Below are positions 1 to 9,200 of a stretch of DNA of 64,000 nt, in pieces (the stretch's first letter is position 1; each line of letters starts with the position of its first letter). The stretch lies in assembly GCA_040218735.1 (NCBI GenBank), contig JAVJQW010000018.1, forward strand, positions 1 to 64,000, read 5' to 3'. A model generated the notes under the pieces. That model did no database searches and was not told the origin of the DNA. It saw only the letters and a program-made list of their open reading frames with translations. Made by a program: the position numbers and the translations under genes. The DNA is from Deltaproteobacteria bacterium (GTDB lineage: Bacteria; Myxococcota; Kuafuiibacteriia; Kuafuiibacteriales; Kuafuiibacteriaceae).

Positions 1-900
1 CACTACGCCGGGATGGGCGGCGTGCCTCTGTTGTCCGTCTTCGATCGCCCCAAGACGGTCGCGATCGAGTGGAAGAAGGACGGCACCGTCACCAAGTACA
101 ACCAGACGTTCATCGAGGTCATGGGGCAGCTCGGCGTTGGCGTCGAGGTGTGCTGGCCCTACCGACCGCAACAGAAGGGCTCGGTCGAGAATCTCGTTGG
201 CTGGGTGAAGGGCTCGTTCTTCAAGCAGCGACGCTTCGTCGACCTCGACGATCTCGATCGCCAACTCGCGGCGTGGCTCGAGGAGGTGAACTGCAAGCGA
301 CCTTGCAGAGCGACCGGAGTCCCGCCCATCGAGCGGATGCCAGAGGAGCACGCGCGCATGCGGCCGCTACGCATTCAGCCGGAAGACCTGTACCTGCCGA
401 TCCCCATCCAAGTCGGCCCCACCGGCTACGTCGTCCACGACACGCACCGTTACTCGATGCCGCCCGCTGCGATCGGTCTGCCGGGGACGCTCTACCTCGG
501 CCGCGACAAGGTGCTGATCCGCGCCGGGAGGTGGGCCTGTGAGCACGACCGACTCCACGGCTCCAACGCGATCTCGACGCGCGGCGAGCATCGCACGGCA
601 CTCGTCGCCGACGTGTCCGGGCGACGCGGCAAGCGGTATCTGAAGCGGCAGCAACTGCTCGACCTCGGCGAGGTCTCCTACGACTACTTCACCGAGCTCG
701 TGCACCGAAGACCCAGGACGTGGGCGAGCGACGTCGACGAGCTTCACGATCTCCTCATCACCTTTGGCGACGCGACACTTCGCGAGGCCATTCGACTTGC
801 GAACGAGCGAGGGCTCTTCGGTGCCGAGTACGTACGCCACCTGATCCCCACGGTCGCGAACACGATGCCGTCACCGCCACTCTTCGAGGAGGTCCAATGA
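1..900 (+). CDS. istA: IS21 transposase IstA (5'-truncated by window edge)
   Basis: DDE-type motifs 'FDRPKT' and 'PQQKGSVENLVGWVK', Mu-like C-terminal 'DTHRYSMP'; frame is open from base 1. Confidence 0.92.
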   Translation, partial: HYAGMGGVPLLSVFDRPKTVAIEWKKDGTVTKYNQTFIEVMGQLGVGVEVCWPYRPQQKGSVENLVGWVKGSFFKQRRFVDLDDLDRQLAAWLEEVNCKRPCRATGVPPIERMPEEHARMRPLRIQPEDLYLPIPIQVGPTGYVVHDTHRYSMPPAAIGLPGTLYLGRDKVLIRAGRWACEHDRLHGSNAISTRGEHRTALVADVSGRRGKRYLKRQQLLDLGEVSYDYFTELVHRRPRTWASDVDELHDLLITFGDATLREAIRLANERGLFGAEYVRHLIPTVANTMPSPPLFEEVQ

Positions 901-1715
901 TGAAGAGCGATATCGACATCGACGCGCTGCTGAGGCGTCTCAGCCTCGCCAACACCCGAAGGATGTGGCGCGACCTCGTCGCCAAGGCCGAGGCGGAAGA
1001 ATGGTCGTACCAGGACTTCTTCGCGATCCTTCTCGCCGAAGAGGTCGCGCATCGGCAGCAGACGAGACTGCAGAAGCTCACGCGGAAGGCGCGCTTCCCC
1101 TTCCTCAAGACGATCGACGACTTCGACTTCACCTTCCAGTCGACGCTGCGCGCATCACTGCTCGGCTCGTTCCTGTCGCCGGACTTCGTCACAGACGGTC
1201 GCGCCGTGATCCTCGCGGGCCGACCGGGCCGCGGAAAGACACACCTCGCGATCGCGATCGCCTATCGTGCGATACAGAACGGATTCGATGCACGCTTCAC
1301 GACCTGCGCCGCGCTGATCGACGAGCTGTCGAGAGCCAGCATCGATGGCTACCTCAGCGCGGCCTTGACCACGTACGTCCAACCGCACGTCCTCGTCGTC
1401 GACGAGGTGGGCTACCTCAGCTACGGCACGGACGCAGCGAACCTGCTCTTCCACGTCGTCAACGAGCGCAACCTCAAGCGACGCGCGATGATCTTCACCA
1501 CCAACAAGTCGCTCAAGCAGTGGGGACGCGTCCTCCACGACGAGGACCTCGCCGACGCCATCGTGGACCGAATCCTCGAGCGCGGACGCCTCCTTCTCCT
1601 GGACGGGCCCTCGCTGCGAACTCGACACATCGACCCCTCGGAGCTACAGGATCAACCGGCCATAGTTTCTGGAACGCCCCGGCCATCCTTTCCGGAACCC
1701 ACACCGCCCACGTGA
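897..1715 (+). CDS. istB: IS21 helper AAA+ ATPase IstB
   Basis: Walker A 'GRPGRGKT', Walker B 'LVVDEVG', 'FTTN' and 'AIVDRIL'; ATG at 897 overlaps the istA stop. Confidence 0.93.
   Translation: MMKSDIDIDALLRRLSLANTRRMWRDLVAKAEAEEWSYQDFFAILLAEEVAHRQQTRLQKLTRKARFPFLKTIDDFDFTFQSTLRASLLGSFLSPDFVTDGRAVILAGRPGRGKTHLAIAIAYRAIQNGFDARFTTCAALIDELSRASIDGYLSAALTTYVQPHVLVVDEVGYLSYGTDAANLLFHVVNERNLKRRAMIFTTNKSLKQWGRVLHDEDLADAIVDRILERGRLLLLDGPSLRTRHIDPSELQDQPAIVSGTPRPSFPEPTPPT
1656..1698 (+). repeat. IS21 right-end tandem transposase-binding repeats (2 x 20 bp, 23-bp period)
   Basis: CCGGCCAT-N2-TT-N2-GGAAC occurs twice immediately before the terminal CCACA. Confidence 0.8.
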
Positions 1716-1940
1716 TCGAATTCGAGGTTCGACCGTTCGCTGCATCGCCGGCCGTCCGGGCTCACGTACGTGCACTGCGCGCCGTCGCGTTCGACCACCG
1801 CACGGCGCGTCGCTGAAGCCGCGATCGACGTAGAGCTTGCGCCGCTCGATCTCCGCCATGAACCGGAGCGCCTCGACACCGCTCTTCAGCTCCGCTCGAA
1901 GCGCTTCACGAAGTCCACTCAGGAGGTCGTTCTGGGTCAT
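1704..1940 (-). pseudogene. HNH endonuclease remnant with an internal out-of-frame deletion, interrupted by IS21
   Basis: One frame gives an N-terminus 'MTQNDLL...AEIERRKLYVDRGFS'. A second frame gives 'TRRAVVERDGAQCTYVSPDGRRCSERSNLEFDHV', a CxxC-type/DH HNH start that is cut at the IS end. Confidence 0.7.
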
Positions 1941-2577
1941 GCAAGACAGGTTGCATGCGTTCGAACTCATGCATCGAAGGTATCATCGAGCCCTCGGGAC
2001 GCGATTCGGCAGGGCTCGAGGATGACGGCCTCAGACGTGCGAGGACGCACGCCATGGACCGTCAGCGTCCGGCGGTGAGCCGATGCTCGAAAACTTCGAA
2101 ACGGACTGCGTTCGTCGAGGAGATGGCCCGGACAGGGCCTTCGATTCCGTCAACCCCCAGACAACAAAAAGAAGGTTTCTTCTGCAACTCAACTTGCGCG
2201 ACCGGCCATCCCCGCTCACCAGCCGGCGAACCTCACCGGTCCATCGCAGCCCTCGACCGCCGCCGGCGCAATCATCCGACGCGCAATCCATCGGTCTCGT
2301 GAAACGGGTCGAAGGCGGCGTGGATTACTCGCGTGCGAGGCCGCGAAGATCCATCTCGGGGATGGCCGCGCCGCGAGCGCTACATCGGGATCGTTGCGAG
2401 TCCCGCCGACCAGCGAGCGGAGCCGACCGCCGTCCTTCCGCCAACATGGAGCGCGGGCCGCGCGGGCCGGCGGGGCACTGCCGTGTCGGGCGATGGTTCC
2501 AAGGTGAGTCGGGCGCGTCATGCCCGCGCCTACGGCCTTTCCACGCGGCGCAGATCCGCGAAGTCAATGGCATGGGG

Positions 2578-3573
2578 TTAGACGTCGATCCGCTCCGCGG
2601 CCCGAAGCGCCGTGGTCCCCTCCGTATCGAACGCGTTGCGTTGCGCGGCGATCGTGACGGCCGGGTTCTCGTCGACCAGCTCCAGCAGCAGCTCCGCGTT
2701 CGTCAGCTTCGCACCCACCGCCACCAGCCGACGAAGCCGCGGCCCCCACGGGCTGCGCACGATCGCGCGAAGTCCATCGTCGCCGATCGGGTTCCCGGAC
2801 ACGTTGAGCGTCGTCAGCGCTGGCGCCGGTACGCGCGCGAGTGAGCCCATTGCCCGTGAATCGAGGCCGTTGAGATCGACGTGGAGCGCTTCGACGGTGT
2901 CGAGCACGTCCGAGACCGCGAGGTGTTTGAAGCCGTCGTGGGTGAAGTCGTTCGCGGTGAGGACGAGCGTGCGCAGTTCGCGAAGGTGGCGCGCCTTGGC
3001 GAGCGCCTCCACACCCGCTTCGCCGAGCCCGTTGTAACTCAGCGCCAAGGACTGGAGCGCCGCGAGTCTCGGCGTGTCGAGCGCAGCCGCGCCATCGGGG
3101 CCGAGTGTGTTCTTTGTGTAGTTGCCGCCCGAGAAGGAGAGGTCCGTGAGGTGGTTGTCCGCGGCGGCGATCGCTCGCGCCGCGCGTGGCCCGAGGTTCA
3201 CGTTCCACAGGTACAGCGTCTCGAGCCGTTCGAACGCGGCGCTCGTGACGAAGCGCTCGATGTCCTCGTCGCCGAGCGTCGTGGCGAGGTAGCCGTGCAG
3301 CGTCATCGCTACGAGCGTGGCCGGCGCGCGCTCCGCGATGACGTCGAGGATCTCGGATCGACAATCCTCGTCGGACAGCGTCAACCGTTCGAGGTGCTGC
3401 GCCGCGCAGAGCAGCGTCGACATCACCGCGGGCGTCGTCTCCGTCTCGGACAGATCGATCCGCGCGGCGCGTGCGAGGTGTGGCGCGAGCGATGTGACGT
3501 CGCCGTCGACCCGGACCCAAGCGCCCGCCGGCACCTCCCCGGTGAAGTCGACGCCGACGGTCAGCCAGTCCAC
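2578..3573 (-). CDS. Leucine-rich repeat (RNI-like) protein
   Basis: Repeated LxxLxLxxNxLG motifs ('LQSLALSYNGLGEAG', 'LTTLNVSGNPIGDDG'). GTG start at 3573 chosen because it lies below the upstream gene's stop. Confidence 0.75.
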   Translation of the reverse strand: MDWLTVGVDFTGEVPAGAWVRVDGDVTSLAPHLARAARIDLSETETTPAVMSTLLCAAQHLERLTLSDEDCRSEILDVIAERAPATLVAMTLHGYLATTLGDEDIERFVTSAAFERLETLYLWNVNLGPRAARAIAAADNHLTDLSFSGGNYTKNTLGPDGAAALDTPRLAALQSLALSYNGLGEAGVEALAKARHLRELRTLVLTANDFTHDGFKHLAVSDVLDTVEALHVDLNGLDSRAMGSLARVPAPALTTLNVSGNPIGDDGLRAIVRSPWGPRLRRLVAVGAKLTNAELLLELVDENPAVTIAAQRNAFDTEGTTALRAAERIDV

Positions 3574-3583
3574 GCGCCCCAGT

Positions 3584-4531
3584 TCAACGGCGTCGGCGCA
3601 AGAACACAACCAGGCCGAGCAGGAGCCACGCTCCGCCGCCACGCGTCTCGGTGGCCGAGCAGCCGCAGCCCGAGTCGGCTTCGTCGAGGCCGCCGCCGCC
3701 GCCGGACGGCGTCGAACCGCCGTCGCGCACCGGCACACCGCCGTCGCGGTCCGGGGGCTCCGCGGGGCTGCCGCCGTCGCGTACGCCGGAGTCGATGAAC
3801 CCGGCGTCGGGCGGCGGAGGGGGCGGCGGGTCCGACGGCCACGCGTGGCAGACGGTCTCGCCGAAGCCGCTCTGCCAGTTGCCGGCGCGATCGAACGCAC
3901 GCAGCGTCAGGCAGAACTCGTCGCCGGGCTGCGGCGGGCTCTGCTCCTGCACGAAGAGGTAGAACTCGCGCATCAGCCCGGTGCTCACGTCGGGCTCCGG
4001 GACGACTCCGATCACACGCACCGCGTCGTTTGGCTGGATCTGGACGAACGCGTAACCCGCGACGCCCACGTCGTCGGTGCTCGGGAGGAACGAACCCGAG
4101 ACGCGCAGGCCGGGGCCGAAGCACTGGTCGAACGGCTCGAACTCGGCCGTCATCGAGAAGCTCGACGCGTCCGAAGGCGGGACGCCGTCGGCCCGAGCGA
4201 GGGGGCCGATCTCGAACGACTGGATCGCGCCCTCGTTGAGGAGCTCGGTCTGGACGACCCCCTCCTCGACCGCGCCGTCGAACTCGATGATGACGTGGTG
4301 TGGGCCGAACGGCCGCCACTGGAGGGGTGTCGACACGCCGGAGTCGGACAGGAAGGTCACCCGCGAGAGGGCCTCGGGGCCGGGGGAGACGAGGGCGACG
4401 AACTGGCCGTTGACGGGCATCGCCTCTCCCGCCGAGGGGACCGGGTCGAAGACGCCGAGGGCCAGTGAGCACGCGAGCGCCGAGCCGGGCACGAAGGTCG
4501 CGGCGGCGCTCAGGGCAACGAACAGACGCAT
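3584..4531 (-). CDS. Secreted MYXO-CTERM sorting-signal protein
   Basis: Signal peptide ending 'SALA'; Pro/Gly/DGG linker; C-terminal 'DSGCGCSA...AWLLLGLVVFLRRRR'. Confidence 0.85.
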   Translation of the reverse strand: MRLFVALSAAATFVPGSALACSLALGVFDPVPSAGEAMPVNGQFVALVSPGPEALSRVTFLSDSGVSTPLQWRPFGPHHVIIEFDGAVEEGVVQTELLNEGAIQSFEIGPLARADGVPPSDASSFSMTAEFEPFDQCFGPGLRVSGSFLPSTDDVGVAGYAFVQIQPNDAVRVIGVVPEPDVSTGLMREFYLFVQEQSPPQPGDEFCLTLRAFDRAGNWQSGFGETVCHAWPSDPPPPPPPDAGFIDSGVRDGGSPAEPPDRDGGVPVRDGGSTPSGGGGGLDEADSGCGCSATETRGGGAWLLLGLVVFLRRRR

Positions 4532-4697
4532 GTCGCAGGGTATGTAGCAGGGACCACGCCAGCCCGCACCAGCTCACGGGATGGCGCGCGGGTCGCAGAT
4601 CTTTGGAGGTTCACCGACATTCGTCCCCCAAAAATCTCGCGCCCCAGAATCGAACGGTCGGTCGCATCCACCCTGGGCCCGCCGATCTGATCCCTCG

Positions 4698-6167
4698 ATG
4701 ACCGCCTCCAACCTCGCCGCGGTGCACGTCGACGCCGGCACGCACACCTCCGGGGTTGCGCCGCGTCGGCTCGCGGTCATCGCCAAGAAGCGCCTCCAGG
4801 ATCTGGGGGTCCAGAGCTTCATCGTGAACGACCTCGTACGCGGCCGCGTGACCGTCGACCCCATGCGAATGTCGAGCTGGCCGGGCGCCCCCATCGCGGC
4901 GCTGCAGGAGTTCGTCGTGCAGGGCCACGACCGCTTCTGGTTCACGAAGCCGTCGCCGCTGCGTTTCATCGGGCCGGTGGTGTTCTACGAGATGCACCGC
5001 CCCGCGGACGTCCTGCGTGAGATCGAGCGACGCTGGGCCGAGCTCGTGACGCGCTCCGCGCAGTTCGTGGAGCAGGCGCGTCGCTATTTCCCGAACATCG
5101 AGCTCGACCCGACGAACTGGACGCTCGACTTCGACGTCCGCGATCCCTTCGGCGTCGTGAACTGCCGGGTTCGGCCCTATCAGGGCACCATTTGGGTCGA
5201 GGTCATCGGCACGGACGGGCAGCCGCTCGCGCCGCGCCCCGGCGGAGACCGCCTGATCATCCAGCTCCCCGACGAGCCCGCGATGTACGACGAGATGACG
5301 CTCCGCCCCGTCCTCGAGAAGGCGCGCGCGGGGGCCACGCCGGCCTCGCGGCAGGAAGAGGCGATGGTCCTCGAGCTCGACATCGAGCACACCTCGGAGC
5401 TGTCCGTCGACGCGCCGCCCAACCACCGGAGCGCGTCCCTGTCGCTCGATCTCGAGCTCGGCGCCGAGTACGGCGACCCGCCCCTCGACCTCGAGCTCCC
5501 CGAGCTCGACGAAGACGACCTCCAGCTGGACGACCAACCGGAGATCAACAAACGCGCGCCGCGCCTGAAGACACGCGCCATCGAGGTGAACGTCTCCACG
5601 ATGCAGCGCCTCGTCCGCGGCATCGTGCGCGACGTCAATCACGGCGGCTACTTCGTCGAGGTCGACGAGCCGGAGGGCTTCGGCCTCGGCACGACCGTGG
5701 TCGTCTCGGGCCTCGGCCCGTTCGCCGTGCGCGGCACCATCGCGCACCGACGCATGACGGACGAAGGCGTGCTCCTTGGCACCGGCGCGGGCATCGGGAT
5801 CTCGCTCAGCGAGATGGCGGTCCCCCGCATCGAGCGGGGCCCCGCACCGGTCGTCGTCCTCACGGACACGGACACCAACACGCAGCGTCGCGCGCGCTTC
5901 GCCGCCATCGTCGCTGCGGGGGCGTGCACGCCGTTGATCGTCACCGACCTCGCGCAGGCGCTCGCCGCCGTGCGTGCGCTCCCCGTGCGTGCGGTGGTGC
6001 TCGACCAGACCTTCGGTGAGTACGGCTGGCGCGAGCTCGCGGACGCGCTGCGCTTCGCGGAGGTGGGGGCCGAGCTTTTGGTCGTCACGTCGGAGGCGTT
6101 CGAACGCTTCCCGAACGGCGTCCGCGCGGTCGCGCCGGAGCGCCTCGCTTCACACCTGCATCGCTGA
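4698..6167 (+). CDS. Multidomain protein with a PilZ-like domain and a degenerate receiver-like C-terminus
   Basis: 'KRAPR...VRDVNHGGYFVE' resembles the PilZ RxxxR and DxSxxG motifs; C-terminal beta/alpha 'AVVLDQTF' segment; acidic linker. Start codon uncertain. Confidence 0.55.
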   Translation: MTASNLAAVHVDAGTHTSGVAPRRLAVIAKKRLQDLGVQSFIVNDLVRGRVTVDPMRMSSWPGAPIAALQEFVVQGHDRFWFTKPSPLRFIGPVVFYEMHRPADVLREIERRWAELVTRSAQFVEQARRYFPNIELDPTNWTLDFDVRDPFGVVNCRVRPYQGTIWVEVIGTDGQPLAPRPGGDRLIIQLPDEPAMYDEMTLRPVLEKARAGATPASRQEEAMVLELDIEHTSELSVDAPPNHRSASLSLDLELGAEYGDPPLDLELPELDEDDLQLDDQPEINKRAPRLKTRAIEVNVSTMQRLVRGIVRDVNHGGYFVEVDEPEGFGLGTTVVVSGLGPFAVRGTIAHRRMTDEGVLLGTGAGIGISLSEMAVPRIERGPAPVVVLTDTDTNTQRRARFAAIVAAGACTPLIVTDLAQALAAVRALPVRAVVLDQTFGEYGWRELADALRFAEVGAELLVVTSEAFERFPNGVRAVAPERLASHLHR

Positions 6168-6190
6168 AGGCTCAGCGGGCGACGCGAGAC

Positions 6191-6209
6191 GGGCGGCGTC
6201 GCGCCGCCC
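6191..6209. terminator. GC hairpin between convergent genes (possible terminator)
   Basis: GGGCGGCG-TCG-CGCCGCCC perfect 8-bp stem; no U-tract. Confidence 0.35.
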
Positions 6210-6237
6210 ACCTCGGTGCGTTCGGTCTTCGAGGAAG

Positions 6238-9200
6238 CTAGCTGCCGCTCTGCGGCTGCGGCGGGACGATGATGATGACGTCGCGTGTGTCGACGACGGT
6301 GACGTCGTCGGCGACGACGTCGATGAAGGCGCGGAAGAGCTGCGGCTCCGTCGTCGCGGCGACGCACGGTTGGCTCGTCCCGGCGACGCGGTTCTCCGCG
6401 GTGACGTCGAACGTGAGGTTCGTTCCCGGCACCACGTTCGTGAAGCTGTCCGGCCCCGCGGGCGGGAACAGGTCGTCGATCGTCGGCGCCGGCGCGCAGC
6501 TGTTCGGCGGCGTGCCCGCGACCGGGACGAGGTCCTGGATGAAGCAGCGCGTGTCGAGGCCGCTCGCGGTGAGCTCCGCCGGGTCCGCGCGTAGGCGCGT
6601 CGTGATCGTGAAGCGCGCGAACCGGACCATCGATTCGATGCCCGTGACCACCGCCTGGCCGATGCCGCTGCCGTTGCTCGCGATCTCGAACGCGAGGGGG
6701 CACTGGCCCGACGCGTCCGCAGGCGTCCCGGCGCCGCCGATGCCCGTGCAGCACTCGTTCGCCGCACACCCGCCGGGGCGTCCGCTGCCGAACTGGTCCC
6801 ACGTGCACGTCGGGACCACGGCGCCGGTCAGGCTCGCGATGCCGTAGGGGAGGCGCATCGGGTCGTCCGCGACCATCGCGGAGCAGGTCGCGACACACTC
6901 CGACACCGACATGGGCTGCGACGCGTTCGAGTCGAGGACGAGGGTCGTCGCGTTGCCCTGCGTGTCGCCGGCGTCGCTGTCGGAGCAGACGACGTTGGGC
7001 GTCGTGTACACGCCGGGGCCCGAGTTGACCTCCAGCAGATAGAAGCCCGCGGTGATGCCGCCGCCCGAGTTGAAGTTGGTGTCGTTGTACGACGAGACCG
7101 CCACGTAGAACGGCCCGGGTCCGGTCAGCGCGACGTTGACGCGCGGGTCCGTGTGCAGCCCGGGGGCCATGTCGTTGTTCACCGCGAGCTGCGCGCCGGC
7201 GCCGTTGTAGACGCCGAGGATCGCGTCGAGCGGGGAGCCCACGCGCGAGGCCGTGACCTCCGCGGTGAGCATCTGCCCCGGCAGCGCGCCGTTGAGCAGG
7301 TACCAGTCGACGTCCGAGCCGGTCGGCGCCTCGATGCGACCGTAGAAGCGCGTGACGTTGCGCCGGCAGATGTCCTCGAAGATGCCTTCCATCGTCACCG
7401 GGTCGGCGGGACGTGGCAGCGTCGTCGACGCGATCGTCATGACACGCGCGCCGATCGACTTCAGCGCGTCCCGCGTCGTGTCGACGCCTGCGCTCGAGAC
7501 CTGCGGGGCGTCGGCGGAGTAGTCCTCGGCGAAGTGCGTCGGGGCGTCGGTGACGTGCACGACGATCGGGAGCGCGTCGTCGCGGAACCCCACGCCGCCG
7601 ATCGGTCCGTCGGCGACACCGACGATGCGGTTCGCGCTCGCATCGAACGCATCGACGCGGTCCTGCGCGGCGGGGCCCCAGACCGTCCCGGCGCCGGTGG
7701 CGATCTGGAAGAGGGCCTCGATGCCGGACTCCGGCAGGTCGCGCCCGTTGTGCGTCGACAGGAGGTTCACGGCCGACTGCGCCGCGGCGCTGTCGGTGGT
7801 CACTCGCGAGCGGAGCACGAACGGCATGTCGTTCGCCGCCACGACCCCGAACGGTTCGAATGGGAAGTCCTGGAACGATGACACCGAGAAGCCGGGGTTC
7901 GGCACCAGCGCCTGTGCACCGGGGATGATCAGCGACGACAACGAGTTGCGGAGGTTCGTGATCTCACCGCCCATCGAGCCGGTGGTGTCCATGTTGAACG
8001 CGAAGTCCGCGCGGTCGATCGCGGTGTTCGTGAAGTCGAGCGGCGCCGCCTGCGGCCCGTTCGTCGGAGGCAGCGTGAAGTAGAAGTCGTCGATGCCGCT
8101 CACCGCGGAGCACGGGTCACTTCCGAACGCGAGCTCCGCCGAGTCCGGGTAGGTGTCGAGGTCGGAGTCCGCCGCGATACGGTTGGTGGACAGGGGGCAC
8201 CCGGTCTCCACGCCGTCGGCGAGCCCGTCGCCGTCGGAGTCGATGTCGCGGAAGTCGTGGGCACCGTTGCCGTCGGTGTCCGGGGGCGGCGTCGCGGGAT
8301 CGCTGTCGCCCGCTTCCACGGAGTCCGGGACGCCGTCGTCGTCGCTGTCGAGATCGATGCGGTCCACGGCGCCGTCGCCGTCAGTGTCCACGTTGCCTTC
8401 GTTCAGATCCCAGATGGTGTCGTCGTCGCTGTCGAGGTCGAGGTAGTCCGGCGTGCTGTCGCCGTCCGAGTCGATGGGCGCGGTGAGCACGTCGGCGTCG
8501 CCCGCTTCGTCGATGTCGAGGACGAAGTCGCCGTCGCTGTCGATGTCCGCGGCGTTGTGCCGGCCGTCGCCGTCCGCGTCGCCGGCGCCTTCGACGGCGT
8601 CCGGGATGTTGTCGCTGTCGCTGTCGAGGTCGAGGTAGTCCGGCGTCCCGTCGAAGTCGGTGTCCGCGGGCGGCGTGCCCACGTGGGTGTCGCCGGCTTC
8701 GATCGCGTCGGGTACGCCGTCGCCGTCGCTGTCGAGGTCGAGGTAGTCCGGGGTGCCGTCGTTGTCGCTGTCGGCGAGGCCTTCCGTGGCGTCGGCGATC
8801 GTGTCGCCGTCGGAGTCGGCGTCGAGGAAGTTGCCGACGCCGTCGCCGTCCGCGTCGTTCGTGCCTTCGATCCAGTCGTCGATCAGGTCGCCGTCGCTGT
8901 CGGTGTCGAGGAAGGCGGGGATCGCATCCGTGTCCGGATCCGCGAGGCCCTCCAGTTGGTCGAGGATCCCGTCACCGTCGCTGTCCGTGTCGATGTACGC
9001 GCCGAGGCCGTCGCCGTCCGGGTCGAAGAGGAGCTCGGTGCGATCCGGGATCGTGTCGCCGTCGCTGTCCGTGTCGATGTAGTTCCCGAGGCCGTCGCCG
9101 TCGGTGTCGATCGCGGTCTCGATGCGGTCGAAGAGGAAGTCACCGTCGCTGTCGCGGTCGCGGAAGTTTGCGATGCCGTCGCCGTCCACGTCCTGCGCGG

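Larger units (their letters stand above)
1..1703 (+). mobile_element. IS21-family insertion sequence, right part (left end outside window)
   Basis: istA/istB pair with overlapping stop/start. Two 20-bp subterminal repeats (1656-1675 CCGGCCATAGTTTCTGGAAC, 1679-1698 CCGGCCATCCTTTCCGGAAC) are followed by a ...CCACA terminus at 1703, matching the IS21 CA end. Confidence 0.88.

Noticed and set aside
1970-2570. Several short ORFs in the region after the HNH remnant
   Set aside because: No recognisable motifs or consistent coding signal; treated as intergenic or decayed DNA.
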